DNA from: a virus
DNA length: 64,000 bases
Virus record (IMG/VR): IMGVR_UViG_3300045988_081755
Strand: one strand, 5' to 3'
Shown here: one piece after another, positions 1 through 9,545 of the stretch
Numbering within the stretch: the stretch's first letter is position 1
How the letters are laid out: every line of letters begins with the position of its first letter
Translations under genes and position numbers: made by a program
The notes under the pieces: generated by a model
Told to the model about the DNA's origin: nothing
The model's database searches: none
Seen by the model: the letters and a program-made list of their open reading frames with translations, nothing else

Positions 1-46
1 TAAGAAAATCTTTTTTCATGATTCTTTAATTTTAAATTCAACGAAA

Positions 47-388
47 TTATTTATGATTGCTTCGAAGCCTTATATATTTACACCACGCATAATGTTTCCG
101 AGTCTTGAGATAATTAGAATTCTCATCATTATTGTGAGCCTCTTCCTCAAGACTGACGTCATGGTACGCACAGTTCTGTTTCTTGTGAAACAGCCTTATG
201 AATAAATACTCACACCCATACCACAGATAGAAGAATATCCATAACATTTCTTTCATTTGAGCCGTATGAATTGACTCATGCGTGATTGTTGATTCCGGTA
301 ACTGTTTACGCTTGGTAAACAGTATCCCGAAGAAGTTCAATGTATGATAGCCCCCGAACGGGAACCATGTGTTATAAACTATTTTCAT
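47..388 (-). CDS. hypothetical protein with HExxH motif (possible Zn-metallopeptidase)
   Basis: 113-aa ORF with ATG start and a 4-nt overlap with the upstream gene. THESIHTAQ motif followed by a hydrophobic stretch. No further family recognised. Confidence 0.35.
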   Translation of the reverse strand: MKIVYNTWFPFGGYHTLNFFGILFTKRKQLPESTITHESIHTAQMKEMLWIFFYLWYGCEYLFIRLFHKKQNCAYHDVSLEEEAHNNDENSNYLKTRKHYAWCKYIRLRSNHK

Positions 389-1863
389 TCTTGTCCTCCT
401 TTCTTCTTTGCCTCACGACGTGCTTTCCGTCTTTCGCGTCTCGCTGCGGCTTCTGCCTCAGCTTTGTTTATATTTACCTCACCCTCTTCTTTTTGAGCCT
501 TATGACGAGCAATAGACTCACCTATGGCTCCCTTGACTCTCATACCTTTCTTTTGCTTGTAATGCTTGTTAAGGTTATAGTCAATTTCGAACTCCCCTTT
601 CGGCTCATCTTCTTCGACAGGCTCTGGTGCGAGTATAACGCCATTATCTTTGAGTTCCTCAACACTTGTATCGTCTGGGGTGAACGCATTCGCCTTGGCG
701 TCTTCCTGTGCCTTTGCTGCCTTCATTGATTTAAGCCTCATCAGCATTGATGTACGATTGCCCTCAGCCTGTTCTTGAGCCTTGTCATCCTCCTCATCTA
801 ATATTTCCGTGATAGGAGTGAACTCGGTCACGAACTGCTTAGAGGCTCGTTCTATCTTATCCCAGTCGTATTGCTTGATAAGTGCTGACGGGAGCTGAAC
901 CTGTTCACCGTCCATCAAGTTACCGTTGAATCCATTGAATTTAGCGTACCAACTCGAAGCCAACTGGGCTATCAATACAGTCGGGTTCAGTCCTGCTTTC
1001 GCAGCCGTTAAACCAACCACCAACGCATTGATTGACATCTGTTTCATTACGGACATGATGTTCGTCTCAGCGTGAAGAGTAGCATTGATGTCAATACGAC
1101 CATCAACGGTCATCTTTATTTCGTTACCCTTGACCTCTTTTCGAGCCTGTTCAATGATACGGAGTATAAGGTTACAGTAATCGACATTGCTTCCCCCTGC
1201 TGCTCTATTCTTTATCTCAACTTCTACGAGCATTTGGTTCAGCACTTCCAAACGACCTGTTTCGGTTGCTATTCTGAAGTCCTTATTCTGTAACACGTAC
1301 TCGGCTCGACGACGGGTAATCAAGTCTCGATTCTCAACGTAGAACTTCTTCAGTTCATCTTCAGGAACCTTAATCTTGTATTCCTTCGCCATCACTTTCG
1401 AGACATCCGTTACGGTGTAAAACTTCCCGAACAGCTCCATGATGGTTCCCGTATAATCTACGATGTTACGTGGCTTCCGGGAACGAACTCCCATAGCCTT
1501 ATTCAACTCCAGGACGGCACGATTGTAGGCACGGTCTAATTGAAGATACTGAAGACGCTTTGCATTAGCTGAACGCACAGCCGTAATGCCCCCACCATGG
1601 GTCTTCACTACTGCCCCCACATTCACCGTCTGTTGGAAGTCTATATTGATTATCTTCTCCTCATCTGTACCCTCGTTAAGAACGAGGTCGAAATATCGTT
1701 TAGGAGAAAGGTCTCGCTCTTCCTTTGCCCATTCGGCAGCAACATACAGGTCTTTCACCTCATCAGTCGACTCGTTGATATAGTCAGGAGCCGTCCTCAT
1801 GATACGCTCTATGTCCTGTTCTGTGATAAGTCGCTTCGGAACGGGTTTCTTCTTTTCTGCCAT
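385..1863 (-). CDS. hypothetical protein with a highly charged Lys/Arg/Glu-rich C-terminus
   Basis: 492-aa ORF in the operon frame. C-terminal tail reads AEAEAAARRERRKARREAKKKGGQE. No catalytic motif recognised. Confidence 0.55.
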   Translation of the reverse strand: MAEKKKPVPKRLITEQDIERIMRTAPDYINESTDEVKDLYVAAEWAKEERDLSPKRYFDLVLNEGTDEEKIINIDFQQTVNVGAVVKTHGGGITAVRSANAKRLQYLQLDRAYNRAVLELNKAMGVRSRKPRNIVDYTGTIMELFGKFYTVTDVSKVMAKEYKIKVPEDELKKFYVENRDLITRRRAEYVLQNKDFRIATETGRLEVLNQMLVEVEIKNRAAGGSNVDYCNLILRIIEQARKEVKGNEIKMTVDGRIDINATLHAETNIMSVMKQMSINALVVGLTAAKAGLNPTVLIAQLASSWYAKFNGFNGNLMDGEQVQLPSALIKQYDWDKIERASKQFVTEFTPITEILDEEDDKAQEQAEGNRTSMLMRLKSMKAAKAQEDAKANAFTPDDTSVEELKDNGVILAPEPVEEDEPKGEFEIDYNLNKHYKQKKGMRVKGAIGESIARHKAQKEEGEVNINKAEAEAAARRERRKARREAKKKGGQE

Positions 1864-1872
1864 GATTCCTGT

Positions 1873-1906
1873 ATATAAAAGTGGCTGGTTCTTTTATACC
1901 AGCCAC
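1873..1906 (-). terminator. rho-independent terminator candidate
   Basis: On the minus strand, GTGGCTGG-N10-CCAGCCAC (8-bp stem) is followed by TTTTAT. It lies directly after the stop of the 1923..2441 gene. Confidence 0.55.
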
Positions 1907-1922
1907 CCCTGTTCAACTTTTG

Positions 1923-2441
1923 TTACTTCTTCTTTCCTTTGGCTGGAGCTTTCGCTTCTTCCTTTGGCTTGTCGACTTCCTTTTTAGGAGCTGCCTCAGC
2001 CGTTTTCGGCTTCTTCTCCATCACAACCACGCCAGTGAATTTCGTCTTTTCAGTCTTAACAACTTCATGACTCGGGGACTCTTCATCACCTACCTCATCC
2101 GCAACAGTAATCGCTGCCTCAGGACTTTCAGCACGTACCAAAATGAAGAACGGTTCTTTTACGACTTTACCCTTGTCATTTTCGCTCAAGAGTTCAATCT
2201 TAACTTTGTAGAACGGGTCTTCCGGAACGCATCCTTCTGTCTTTTCAACACGTTGTATCTTTGACGGTTGAATCTTAGGAATTGAAAAGTCCTCTCCCTT
2301 GAATTGTTTGTTCATGAACTCAGTCACTCTGGCTTCGGCTTCGGTATAAGTTTCAACCTCAAACAGCCACAATTCCTTGACGGTCTTATACGCATTGCGT
2401 TCGGTGACGGTCAACCGTTTTGTTCTTACTTCAAAAAACAT
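1923..2441 (-). CDS. DUF4494-like protein with Lys/Pro/Ala-rich (histone H1-like) tail
   Basis: The N-terminal ~75 aa (FEVRTKR..VKELWLFEVETYTEAEARVTEFM) resemble Bacteroidota DUF4494 from memory. The tail reads KKPKTAEAAPKKEVDKPKEEAKAPAKGKKK. Confidence 0.4.
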   Translation of the reverse strand: MFFEVRTKRLTVTERNAYKTVKELWLFEVETYTEAEARVTEFMNKQFKGEDFSIPKIQPSKIQRVEKTEGCVPEDPFYKVKIELLSENDKGKVVKEPFFILVRAESPEAAITVADEVGDEESPSHEVVKTEKTKFTGVVVMEKKPKTAEAAPKKEVDKPKEEAKAPAKGKKK

Positions 2442-2460
2442 AATCGTCTCTTATTTATGA

Positions 2461-2685
2461 TTAATAATCGTCATCCTCGTTCTTGTTACGGGAGAATAAC
2501 GTGATGTCTTTTATATCAACGTACCACCACTCCGTGCGGGTTGCTACTTTGAATCTGTCGGGATATTCAACTCGTTTAGGATACACCTCAAGAACGACTC
2601 CCAACGTGTTCTCTTTGAATTGATGACCGCTATTATTATGGCGGATGCGGACAATATCCCCTCTTCGGATTTGCTTTTGACTCAT
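2461..2685 (-). CDS. small hypothetical protein (beta-rich, SH3/KOW-like appearance)
   Basis: 74-aa ORF immediately downstream of the chaperonin gene. No GroES mobile-loop motif. Confidence 0.45.
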   Translation of the reverse strand: MSQKQIRRGDIVRIRHNNSGHQFKENTLGVVLEVYPKRVEYPDRFKVATRTEWWYVDIKDITLFSRNKNEDDDY

Positions 2686-2690
2686 GGCAT

Positions 2691-4307
2691 TTACTTATTA
2701 TTTGGTTCATCGTTTGCGGACATGGCGCAGGAAGTATTCAAGAACTGAATAGCAACCGACACTGAATTTTCAAGAGACACACGTGATACTTTGGCTGGGT
2801 CAATGATACCAGCTTCAAACATATCTTCAACTTTCTCAGATACAGGGTTATAACCTACCCACCAAGCGGTTGATTGGTTAAGAAGCTCAACTTCCATTTT
2901 GACAGCGTTTACGCCAGCATTTTCACAGAGTTGATAGAACGGTGAAAGCAAAGCCTCCATAACGACATTCCAACCGATTAGGAAGTCAGGATGTTCATTC
3001 TTAACAGACTCTTCAGTTCTAAGATGTTCGGCTGCTCGTAGCTGTACAGTACCACCGCCAGGAACATATCCCTCTTCCAACGCTGCCCGTGTTGCGGCAA
3101 TAGCGTCGTCCACACGGTCTTTCCGTTCCTTCATCTCTACTTCGCTGTCCGCACCTACATATAGGACAGCAGCACCACCTGTTAGCTTTGAAATTCGCTC
3201 ACGATACTTTTCAATGTCATAAGCGTTCGAAGTGTCCTCTAATAGATGTTTGATTGACTCTACTCGGACATTTATGTCCTCTGGCGTACCTACTCCCCCA
3301 ACGAGGACTGTACGATTAGTAGAAACGACCACACGGTCGCACGCTCCAAGCCAGTCTGTTCCTAACTGGTCAACCGGACGTCCAAACTCATCCCCAACAG
3401 CCTTTGCCCCAACTTTGATAGCAAGGTCTTCAATAAGGTCTTTCTGGATTTGACCGTATCCGGGAGCTTTCACGAAACAGGCTTTCAGCCCATTCTGTTG
3501 CTGAATATTGGTTACGAGGAACTTGATAACGTCATTAGACGCATTAGGAGCAACTATCAGAACGCTGCGTTTTGCGGAATAAACTGTTTGAATGATAGGA
3601 AGGATTTCCTGGGGATAGTTAATGTTCTGTCCGAAGATGAGAATATACGGGTTATCCAACACCGCTTCAATTCTTTCAGGGTCTGTCACGAAGTACGGGT
3701 TCACCAACCCTTTCTCCCACTGGAATCCAGTAGTAACCTCAACCGTCGTTTCATTTCCCTTGCTGCTTTCTTCAACGGTAATCACACCATCGTTTCCGAC
3801 TTTACCGATTGCCTCTGTAATGATACAGCCTACTTCTTCATCGCCATTTGAACTGATAGTAGCAATCTGACGAACACGGTCAAAATCTTCTTCACCGATT
3901 TCCTTCGCCATCACCTGCATGAATTTCACGGCTTCTGATTTGGCTGCTTCCATACCCTGTTTGAACCGTTGGGGGTTCTTAACATTCGGCAGGACTTCCA
4001 TACCGTGTTTAATCAACGCACGAGTGAGGATTGTTGCTGTGGTTGTACCGTCACCAGCCTCATCACAGGTCTTTGCCGCAACCGTCTTTACAAGCGTTGC
4101 ACCCATGCGTTTCATGGTGTCGTCCGTATCATAGGCACGAGCCACCGTTACACCGTCCTTGGTGATATGAGGAACTCCGTAGCCTTTATCAATGATTACT
4201 GAATGACCTTTCGGTCCGAGAGTGGAAGATACTGCATTAGCGAGTTCATCAATTCCTTCGAAAAGAGCCTCTTGAGCAGATTTGTTGAATAAAATCTTTA
4301 CATTCAT
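2691..4307 (-). CDS. groEL: GroEL-type (group I) chaperonin
   Basis: 538 aa. TLGPKG..HITKDGVTVA and DEAGDGTTTATILT motifs, and the overall layout, are collinear with bacterial GroEL. Confidence 0.93.
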   Translation of the reverse strand: MNVKILFNKSAQEALFEGIDELANAVSSTLGPKGHSVIIDKGYGVPHITKDGVTVARAYDTDDTMKRMGATLVKTVAAKTCDEAGDGTTTATILTRALIKHGMEVLPNVKNPQRFKQGMEAAKSEAVKFMQVMAKEIGEEDFDRVRQIATISSNGDEEVGCIITEAIGKVGNDGVITVEESSKGNETTVEVTTGFQWEKGLVNPYFVTDPERIEAVLDNPYILIFGQNINYPQEILPIIQTVYSAKRSVLIVAPNASNDVIKFLVTNIQQQNGLKACFVKAPGYGQIQKDLIEDLAIKVGAKAVGDEFGRPVDQLGTDWLGACDRVVVSTNRTVLVGGVGTPEDINVRVESIKHLLEDTSNAYDIEKYRERISKLTGGAAVLYVGADSEVEMKERKDRVDDAIAATRAALEEGYVPGGGTVQLRAAEHLRTEESVKNEHPDFLIGWNVVMEALLSPFYQLCENAGVNAVKMEVELLNQSTAWWVGYNPVSEKVEDMFEAGIIDPAKVSRVSLENSVSVAIQFLNTSCAMSANDEPNNK

Positions 4308-4324
4308 ATTTATTACACTTAATC

Positions 4325-4374
4325 GATTTTTATTTAAAAACGCCCAGTCCCGGAGTCAGGTTCCGAAGACTGGG
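4325..4374 (-). terminator. rho-independent terminator after a homing endonuclease gene
   Basis: On the minus strand, CCCAGTC..loop..GACTGGG (4343..4374) is followed by GCGTTTTTAAATAAAAAT. Confidence 0.6.
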
Positions 4375-4386
4375 AAATTTCTTGAT

Positions 4387-5250
4387 TTATTTCTTCGTAT
4401 GCCTCGCTTTTATATGTTTATTCATCATGTTCCAACAAATTAACTTTCCGCAAACAGGACACACTTCTTTCCTTTCGACTTTCTTCCCCTTATTCCAAGC
4501 AGCGATTCCTTTACGGTTTTCAGAAATTTTTCCCTTTTGTTCTTCTGGCATTGAAACTCCTTTGTTCCAAGCCTTTCGACCCTTTTCACTGTTTGAAATT
4601 TTAAGCCGAACATCTTCAGGAGTCTCTAATCCTTTGTTCCATGTTTCTTGTCCTTTCTTAAATTGAGTCTTTTTAATACGTTCTTTTGTTTCAATAGGAA
4701 GATTATCCAGACCTTGCTTTGTTCTTTCAATATGTTCCAGACGCTCTTCCTCAGTCATTTCTTCATATCGCTTTTTCTGAAGTTCTGACATTCGTTTTCT
4801 ATTTTCAGGCTTTCTGGCTTCTTCGTGGGCACGACGGGTTCTACCAATCTTTTCTTCAGGATGTCTTTCGTACAAACCCTTCATCATTTCTTTCATGAGG
4901 TTTCTAATAACCTTAGATTTATGCGCCCCAGCAACACCATCGCCACCTTCCGTCAAATTATACCCATTTAAATAGGTATCTAAATGAGAAATCCAAAACC
5001 GTTCTCGATTAAAAAGCCATTTAGCCAGTCTATCCCGATTTGCATACTGTTTACTTTCTAAAACTTCTATTTTAAAAGCATCTTCACCATATTTATGAAT
5101 ATCTTCATGAAGACCAGTTCCTTTCGTTTTAGACTGTGCTAAATGCTTTTTCCATCTATTCAGATAACCTCTAATAGTTATTCCAACATATTGTTTTCCT
5201 GTAATTAAACAGGTTATAAGATAAACTTCTCCTAAAACTTTTTCTTTCAT
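4387..5250 (-). CDS. GIY-YIG homing endonuclease with NUMOD3-like repeats and a C-terminal Zn finger
   Basis: N-terminal VYLITCLITGKQYVGIT, then ..RWKKH.. and GYNLTEGGDG. Repeated WNKG..PE..K.KIS motifs. C-terminal CPVCG..H..H. Confidence 0.85.
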   Translation of the reverse strand: MKEKVLGEVYLITCLITGKQYVGITIRGYLNRWKKHLAQSKTKGTGLHEDIHKYGEDAFKIEVLESKQYANRDRLAKWLFNRERFWISHLDTYLNGYNLTEGGDGVAGAHKSKVIRNLMKEMMKGLYERHPEEKIGRTRRAHEEARKPENRKRMSELQKKRYEEMTEEERLEHIERTKQGLDNLPIETKERIKKTQFKKGQETWNKGLETPEDVRLKISNSEKGRKAWNKGVSMPEEQKGKISENRKGIAAWNKGKKVERKEVCPVCGKLICWNMMNKHIKARHTKK

Positions 5251-5266
5251 ATTTGCACCATTTTAA

Positions 5267-5274
5267 TTGATGGA
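5267..5274 (-). promoter_or_regulatory. Bacteroidota-type -7 box (TATATTTG) upstream of the homing endonuclease gene
   Basis: Minus strand reads TTATATTTGTATCC, about 17 nt before the ATG at 5250, in the gap after the RNR stop. Confidence 0.4.
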
Positions 5275-5290
5275 TACAAATATAACGTAT

Positions 5291-7639
5291 TTACTTTTTC
5301 AATCCTCTCATCTCCTCCAGGGAACACGCACCTCCGGCACAGGCTGTTGCAATTTCACTTCCTGCCTGTTTAAGCGGTTCTTCCCACTCAATATTGTCGT
5401 ACGATACAGGCTTCATTCGACAAATCAACTGCCATTTGTGATATACGTTCACGTGTTTCAAGCAATAGGAAGTCTTCACACGGTCTCCGTCCATATACTT
5501 ATCGGCAAATGAATTGAACCGTCTCACCCAATCTTTTCGACGCTCAACCCGTCGTTTCAGATAATCAATGACACAGTTCACATCTGAGAAGCATACACCG
5601 TCAATATCCACAAGGAAACGACCATCCTTAATGTTCTTCACCACGAAGTCAGATATCTCTTTATCCGTAATGTCTAACAGATTCGGAGCCAACCCTGTGG
5701 CTGCGTTACAGGCTTCCCACACGTCTTTGAACACGTCCTGAGCATCTACGATTAAACCGCTTGACAGGATAGCTCCTGCGCCATAGCGTTTCGCCAATTC
5801 CGTTTCATCAAGAACTTCGGTGTACGGTGCTTGAGGATAGTCCAAATCGCCAAATGATGATAACAGACTGATTCCCCCGAACTCACTTCTATGCTCCCAC
5901 AGGAATTCCCGTACCTCATCCCACTCTTCTGGTCTTACTGTACAGGTATTCGAAACGTTCATTCTTAATCGGGGATTTTCTTTTGTAGATGGGTGGTCAA
6001 AGTTCGTACCGAACTCAATCCAGTTTCGTTTGGTTAGGAGAACGAACTTCAGGAAGTCAATTGCTGTCAGGTTCTGTTTCAGCAACGCTCCTTCCGGAAG
6101 CGTAACAGGGAAGGCGATAACCTTTTCACGGTCTGGTGCCCATACACTTGCCTCCACCATATCCGGATTCACCCTCATCCATTCTTGAACAGCCTGTTCA
6201 GTATCCGCAGCCTGAATGTGGCGAATATAATGGCGTGAGTGTCCAGGAGTGATTCCTGACAGGGTTCCGAGGAGTTGTGAACTGTTTCCAGACGGCTTTA
6301 CAACCGTACAGCGTGCTGCCGGATTGATACCTATCATCCGTGCTACTTTCTGATTTGTTTCCTTGACAATTTCTGCTCCTCGTCTTTGGATATCAGCGTT
6401 GAACAGAATGTCGGGGTTTTCGCAAAGACCTGTAATACCAATCCCGATAAGAGCGTCTCTTTCAGCTATCTTTTGAGACCATTTCTCAAGCACACGGAAG
6501 TTTGTATAACCAGCCTGAAGTGTACAGATAACAGAGGCTGCTTCACAGGCATCATAGAAGTCCTGCTCGGTCTTTACCTTACCACCGTTAATTTCCGCAA
6601 GATTACAGAATCCCCAACCTGAGTGCCACTCACCGTTTTCGTCCTGAACACGGGGATACATTCCTACTTCCCCACACGGGTTATAAACAAACCACGGAGA
6701 GTCAATGAATACAAATCCTGGCTCGCCATACATCTTTGTATTTTCATAGATAGCGTCGAAAGCCTCCTTCGAAGTATCAGGTAGGATTGCTGCTGAATTG
6801 TTACTCCGGCACAGTTCAGGCATCGTTGATATCCAGTTTCCGGTTTTGCACGACGCCATTTCCGCATCGTCAACGTCAAAGATACTTATCATCGCTGAAC
6901 GACGAACTCCCCCTGTAACGACGCTATTCGCGCAAATACAAATGATGTAATGAAGTTCGAAAGGTCTCAACTTGCGTCCCTTGATACGGTTCACAATGTG
7001 ATGAACCTTTTCAATCGCTTGGCGCAATGGGTCTGGTCCAGGAGCCTTAAATCCCCCACGAATATATGCTCCTTTCGGGCGAATAGCTGAATAGTCGAAC
7101 TCAATGTCCGCACCACCATAGTAGTAAGCGGTCATCAGTTTTCCTACTGCCTCTGCCCATCCTTCGATTGTGTCAGGGATTAAGAACTTTTCACTCTGTT
7201 TCGTATTATCAAATCCTTTGGGAATAGGGAGTTGTTCGGTGTGAATGTGCTGAACGCTGTACCCTGTGCCAGCTCCGCATAAGAGTAGATACATAATCTC
7301 CTCAAATACTTGTACTCTATCCACATAGGTAGAGGAACAGTTGTAGAAGCGAGCGTGCTTCTCTAACATCAATTCACCACCATATTGAAGAGCACGTTGC
7401 GCTCCCAATACACGTTGCTCTCCATACAGGCTATATGCTCGTGCGAATAACGAACTGAACTCTTTTTCGTCTTCAGGCTTAATTCGCTCTGAATAACGTT
7501 TCAAGTGCATGTCCATTACTCTGTTCACGGCATCTTGCCATCCTTCCTTTTTTCCGTTGTGGGTCTGGGAGTATTTGCTCAAAAACACGTACTCTCCAAC
7601 CACTGGTCGACTGTCCTTTTCAATCATGTTTCTCTTCAA
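5291..7639 (-). CDS. nrdJ: class II (adenosylcobalamin-dependent) ribonucleotide reductase
   Basis: 782 aa. Thiyl-radical loop YNPCGEV, downstream FCNLAEIN, and a C-terminal Cys pair ACAGGAC. No separate small-subunit gene is seen in the window. Confidence 0.75.
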   Translation of the reverse strand: MKRNMIEKDSRPVVGEYVFLSKYSQTHNGKKEGWQDAVNRVMDMHLKRYSERIKPEDEKEFSSLFARAYSLYGEQRVLGAQRALQYGGELMLEKHARFYNCSSTYVDRVQVFEEIMYLLLCGAGTGYSVQHIHTEQLPIPKGFDNTKQSEKFLIPDTIEGWAEAVGKLMTAYYYGGADIEFDYSAIRPKGAYIRGGFKAPGPDPLRQAIEKVHHIVNRIKGRKLRPFELHYIICICANSVVTGGVRRSAMISIFDVDDAEMASCKTGNWISTMPELCRSNNSAAILPDTSKEAFDAIYENTKMYGEPGFVFIDSPWFVYNPCGEVGMYPRVQDENGEWHSGWGFCNLAEINGGKVKTEQDFYDACEAASVICTLQAGYTNFRVLEKWSQKIAERDALIGIGITGLCENPDILFNADIQRRGAEIVKETNQKVARMIGINPAARCTVVKPSGNSSQLLGTLSGITPGHSRHYIRHIQAADTEQAVQEWMRVNPDMVEASVWAPDREKVIAFPVTLPEGALLKQNLTAIDFLKFVLLTKRNWIEFGTNFDHPSTKENPRLRMNVSNTCTVRPEEWDEVREFLWEHRSEFGGISLLSSFGDLDYPQAPYTEVLDETELAKRYGAGAILSSGLIVDAQDVFKDVWEACNAATGLAPNLLDITDKEISDFVVKNIKDGRFLVDIDGVCFSDVNCVIDYLKRRVERRKDWVRRFNSFADKYMDGDRVKTSYCLKHVNVYHKWQLICRMKPVSYDNIEWEEPLKQAGSEIATACAGGACSLEEMRGLKK

Positions 7640-8078
7640 TTTTCTTGGTTTTCCTTTTACGAACTTGTTTCGGTTTCGGAGCTGCCTTCTCCGGCTCTTC
7701 TTTACTTACTGTTATCAAGCAGCAAGGCATAGAATTGCCAAGCGTTAAAGCCAGCACGGACGGGTTCCCCAATTTGCTGTCTTTTGCGCGAGCCTCCTCA
7801 ACAATAGACGCAAATATACTACTTTTTACTTCAAGACACAAAGGTTGGGGAACATACGTGTTCTCCTTTCCGGATTGTTCCTTCGCAATCTGTATCTTTA
7901 CCCGTTCCGCCTGGAAATGAGTTTCAAGAATTTCTTTCGTAGGAACAACCCCTGCGAAAGCCTTAATCTTCTTGCAACTCAAAAGACAAATCTTAGTCGT
8001 CTCTTTCCCTCCTTCAAATGTCGAATGTGGAACCATCAGATACAAATCGACTGGAGTCTGTTTCTTAGCTTCTTCCAT
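7620..8078 (-). CDS. hypothetical protein with Lys-rich tail
   Basis: The ORF track begins at 8144, but that start overlaps the helicase gene. Met23 (MEEAKKQ) at 8078 follows the helicase stop. The tail reads EKAAPKPKQVRKRKTKK. Confidence 0.45.
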   Translation of the reverse strand: MEEAKKQTPVDLYLMVPHSTFEGGKETTKICLLSCKKIKAFAGVVPTKEILETHFQAERVKIQIAKEQSGKENTYVPQPLCLEVKSSIFASIVEEARAKDSKLGNPSVLALTLGNSMPCCLITVSKEEPEKAAPKPKQVRKRKTKKIEEKHD

Positions 8079-8089
8079 AATCAAATTAT

Positions 8090-9544
8090 TTAACAATATA
8101 TTAAACTTTTTCTCGCACGTGTTACGGCAACAAATTGTAAACACTTCTCAGCGTATAACGCCAAATCAGTGGTTGCATATTTACTCGGTAGGAGCTCCGG
8201 CTTCAAGAAGAATATCCTATCAGCCTCCAACCCTTTACTCTTATGGATTGTGCTCAATGTAATCCCTCTATTGGCGTTCTCTACGAAGATATCGTATATC
8301 CGTGAACGTACTGTTTCCAAGTCACCAAAATATTCGTACAGACTGAGCAAGACGTTTACCTTTTCATCCAGCTTGTCATACGCTTCACACTTCATTGGAT
8401 TTTTTATCCCTTTATTCGCTAATTTCGTTTGCATGTTGGTGAGAACCTGTTCAAGTCCCCATACATCATCAACGCTATCAATTAGAGATACAAGTTCGTC
8501 GCCAAACTCCTTCCCAAGAATTGTACACTTCTTTCCCTTACGAAGTAGTGTAATGAAAGCCTCAACCAACGGTGCATTATTCCGACACAGAATGAAGTCG
8601 CCCTCTTCCGCATCCGTGAACGCTCCCTCGCCAACAAATCCCTTCTCAGCTCCCGGAGCAGCTACAATACCATCGGGAAACACTTTACAGGCTTCATCTA
8701 CGATGTCTCTTGCACACCTGTACGTCATTGATAGAGGAAGAGTAACCGTGTTCGGTGCATTCTTGATAGCCTGTAATGAATCAAGATTACTTCCCATGAA
8801 TGAGTAGATTGATTGCTTCTCGTCCCCAACAGCTATCAGGCGACCTCTGGGTGTCTTACACATCTTCACGACTTCAAACTGTAATGGGCTGATATCCTGA
8901 CACTCATCAAGCATAACGACATTATACTGTTTGAAATCTTCTTTGTGAACGTATTGAGTCGAATAATATAACATATCGGTGAAGTCCATAGGAAGTTTCC
9001 CTCCCCCACCTTTTAGGAAGTAATTATCGGCAATCCTTTTGTTAAGCATACGGAGCTCTATTGCTCTCTTAGCGAGCTCTTCGTCAACGTCCTCACCGTA
9101 CCTCTCCCCCAATGCTATTATTGCCTCTATATCGTCTGGTACGAGGTTAAATCTCATGAGGTCATAGAGCCTACATACTTTCATTATTATTCCGGGAATG
9201 CGCTTCGGGTGAACCCCTTTGAATTTCATCTTTTCTTTCGCCAGATTGAAATTCTTTGAATCACTCAGGCTGAAATTCAGGCTGAATGCTTTGCACAGGG
9301 ACGACAGCGCACAGGAGTGAAGTGTCTGAGCCTTTACCGTTCTCGGAAGCCTCTGCCCCAGCTCTTCTGCTATTGACTTGTTAAAAGCCAAGAAGATAGA
9401 ACTCTTAATAGGAGGAGTCATCTCCGCTAACTTGCACAGGGTGAATGTCTTCCCACTTCCCGCAGTCGCACTCACGAATATGTTCCTATTCGTTGATTGA
9501 TACTCATCGACTATCGCCTGTTTATATTCGTCCAATTTTGCCAT
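8090..9544 (-). CDS. UvrD/PcrA-like superfamily 1 DNA helicase
   Basis: Walker A ATAGSGKTF, Walker B MLDECQD, TIHKSKGLE, and VAVTRAR (motif VI). Confidence 0.85.
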   Translation of the reverse strand: MAKLDEYKQAIVDEYQSTNRNIFVSATAGSGKTFTLCKLAEMTPPIKSSIFLAFNKSIAEELGQRLPRTVKAQTLHSCALSSLCKAFSLNFSLSDSKNFNLAKEKMKFKGVHPKRIPGIIMKVCRLYDLMRFNLVPDDIEAIIALGERYGEDVDEELAKRAIELRMLNKRIADNYFLKGGGGKLPMDFTDMLYYSTQYVHKEDFKQYNVVMLDECQDISPLQFEVVKMCKTPRGRLIAVGDEKQSIYSFMGSNLDSLQAIKNAPNTVTLPLSMTYRCARDIVDEACKVFPDGIVAAPGAEKGFVGEGAFTDAEEGDFILCRNNAPLVEAFITLLRKGKKCTILGKEFGDELVSLIDSVDDVWGLEQVLTNMQTKLANKGIKNPMKCEAYDKLDEKVNVLLSLYEYFGDLETVRSRIYDIFVENANRGITLSTIHKSKGLEADRIFFLKPELLPSKYATTDLALYAEKCLQFVAVTRARKSLIYC

Positions 9545-9545
9545 A

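Noticed and set aside
1-46. Possible start of another minus-strand gene (ATG at 19..17) running off the left edge.
   Set aside because: Only six codons are visible, so it cannot be supported.
2461-2685. The 74-aa ORF next to groEL as a GroES or gp31 co-chaperonin.
   Set aside because: It lies downstream rather than upstream of the chaperonin gene, is shorter than GroES, and lacks a mobile-loop-like Gly/Ala/Ile stretch. It is kept only as something to test.
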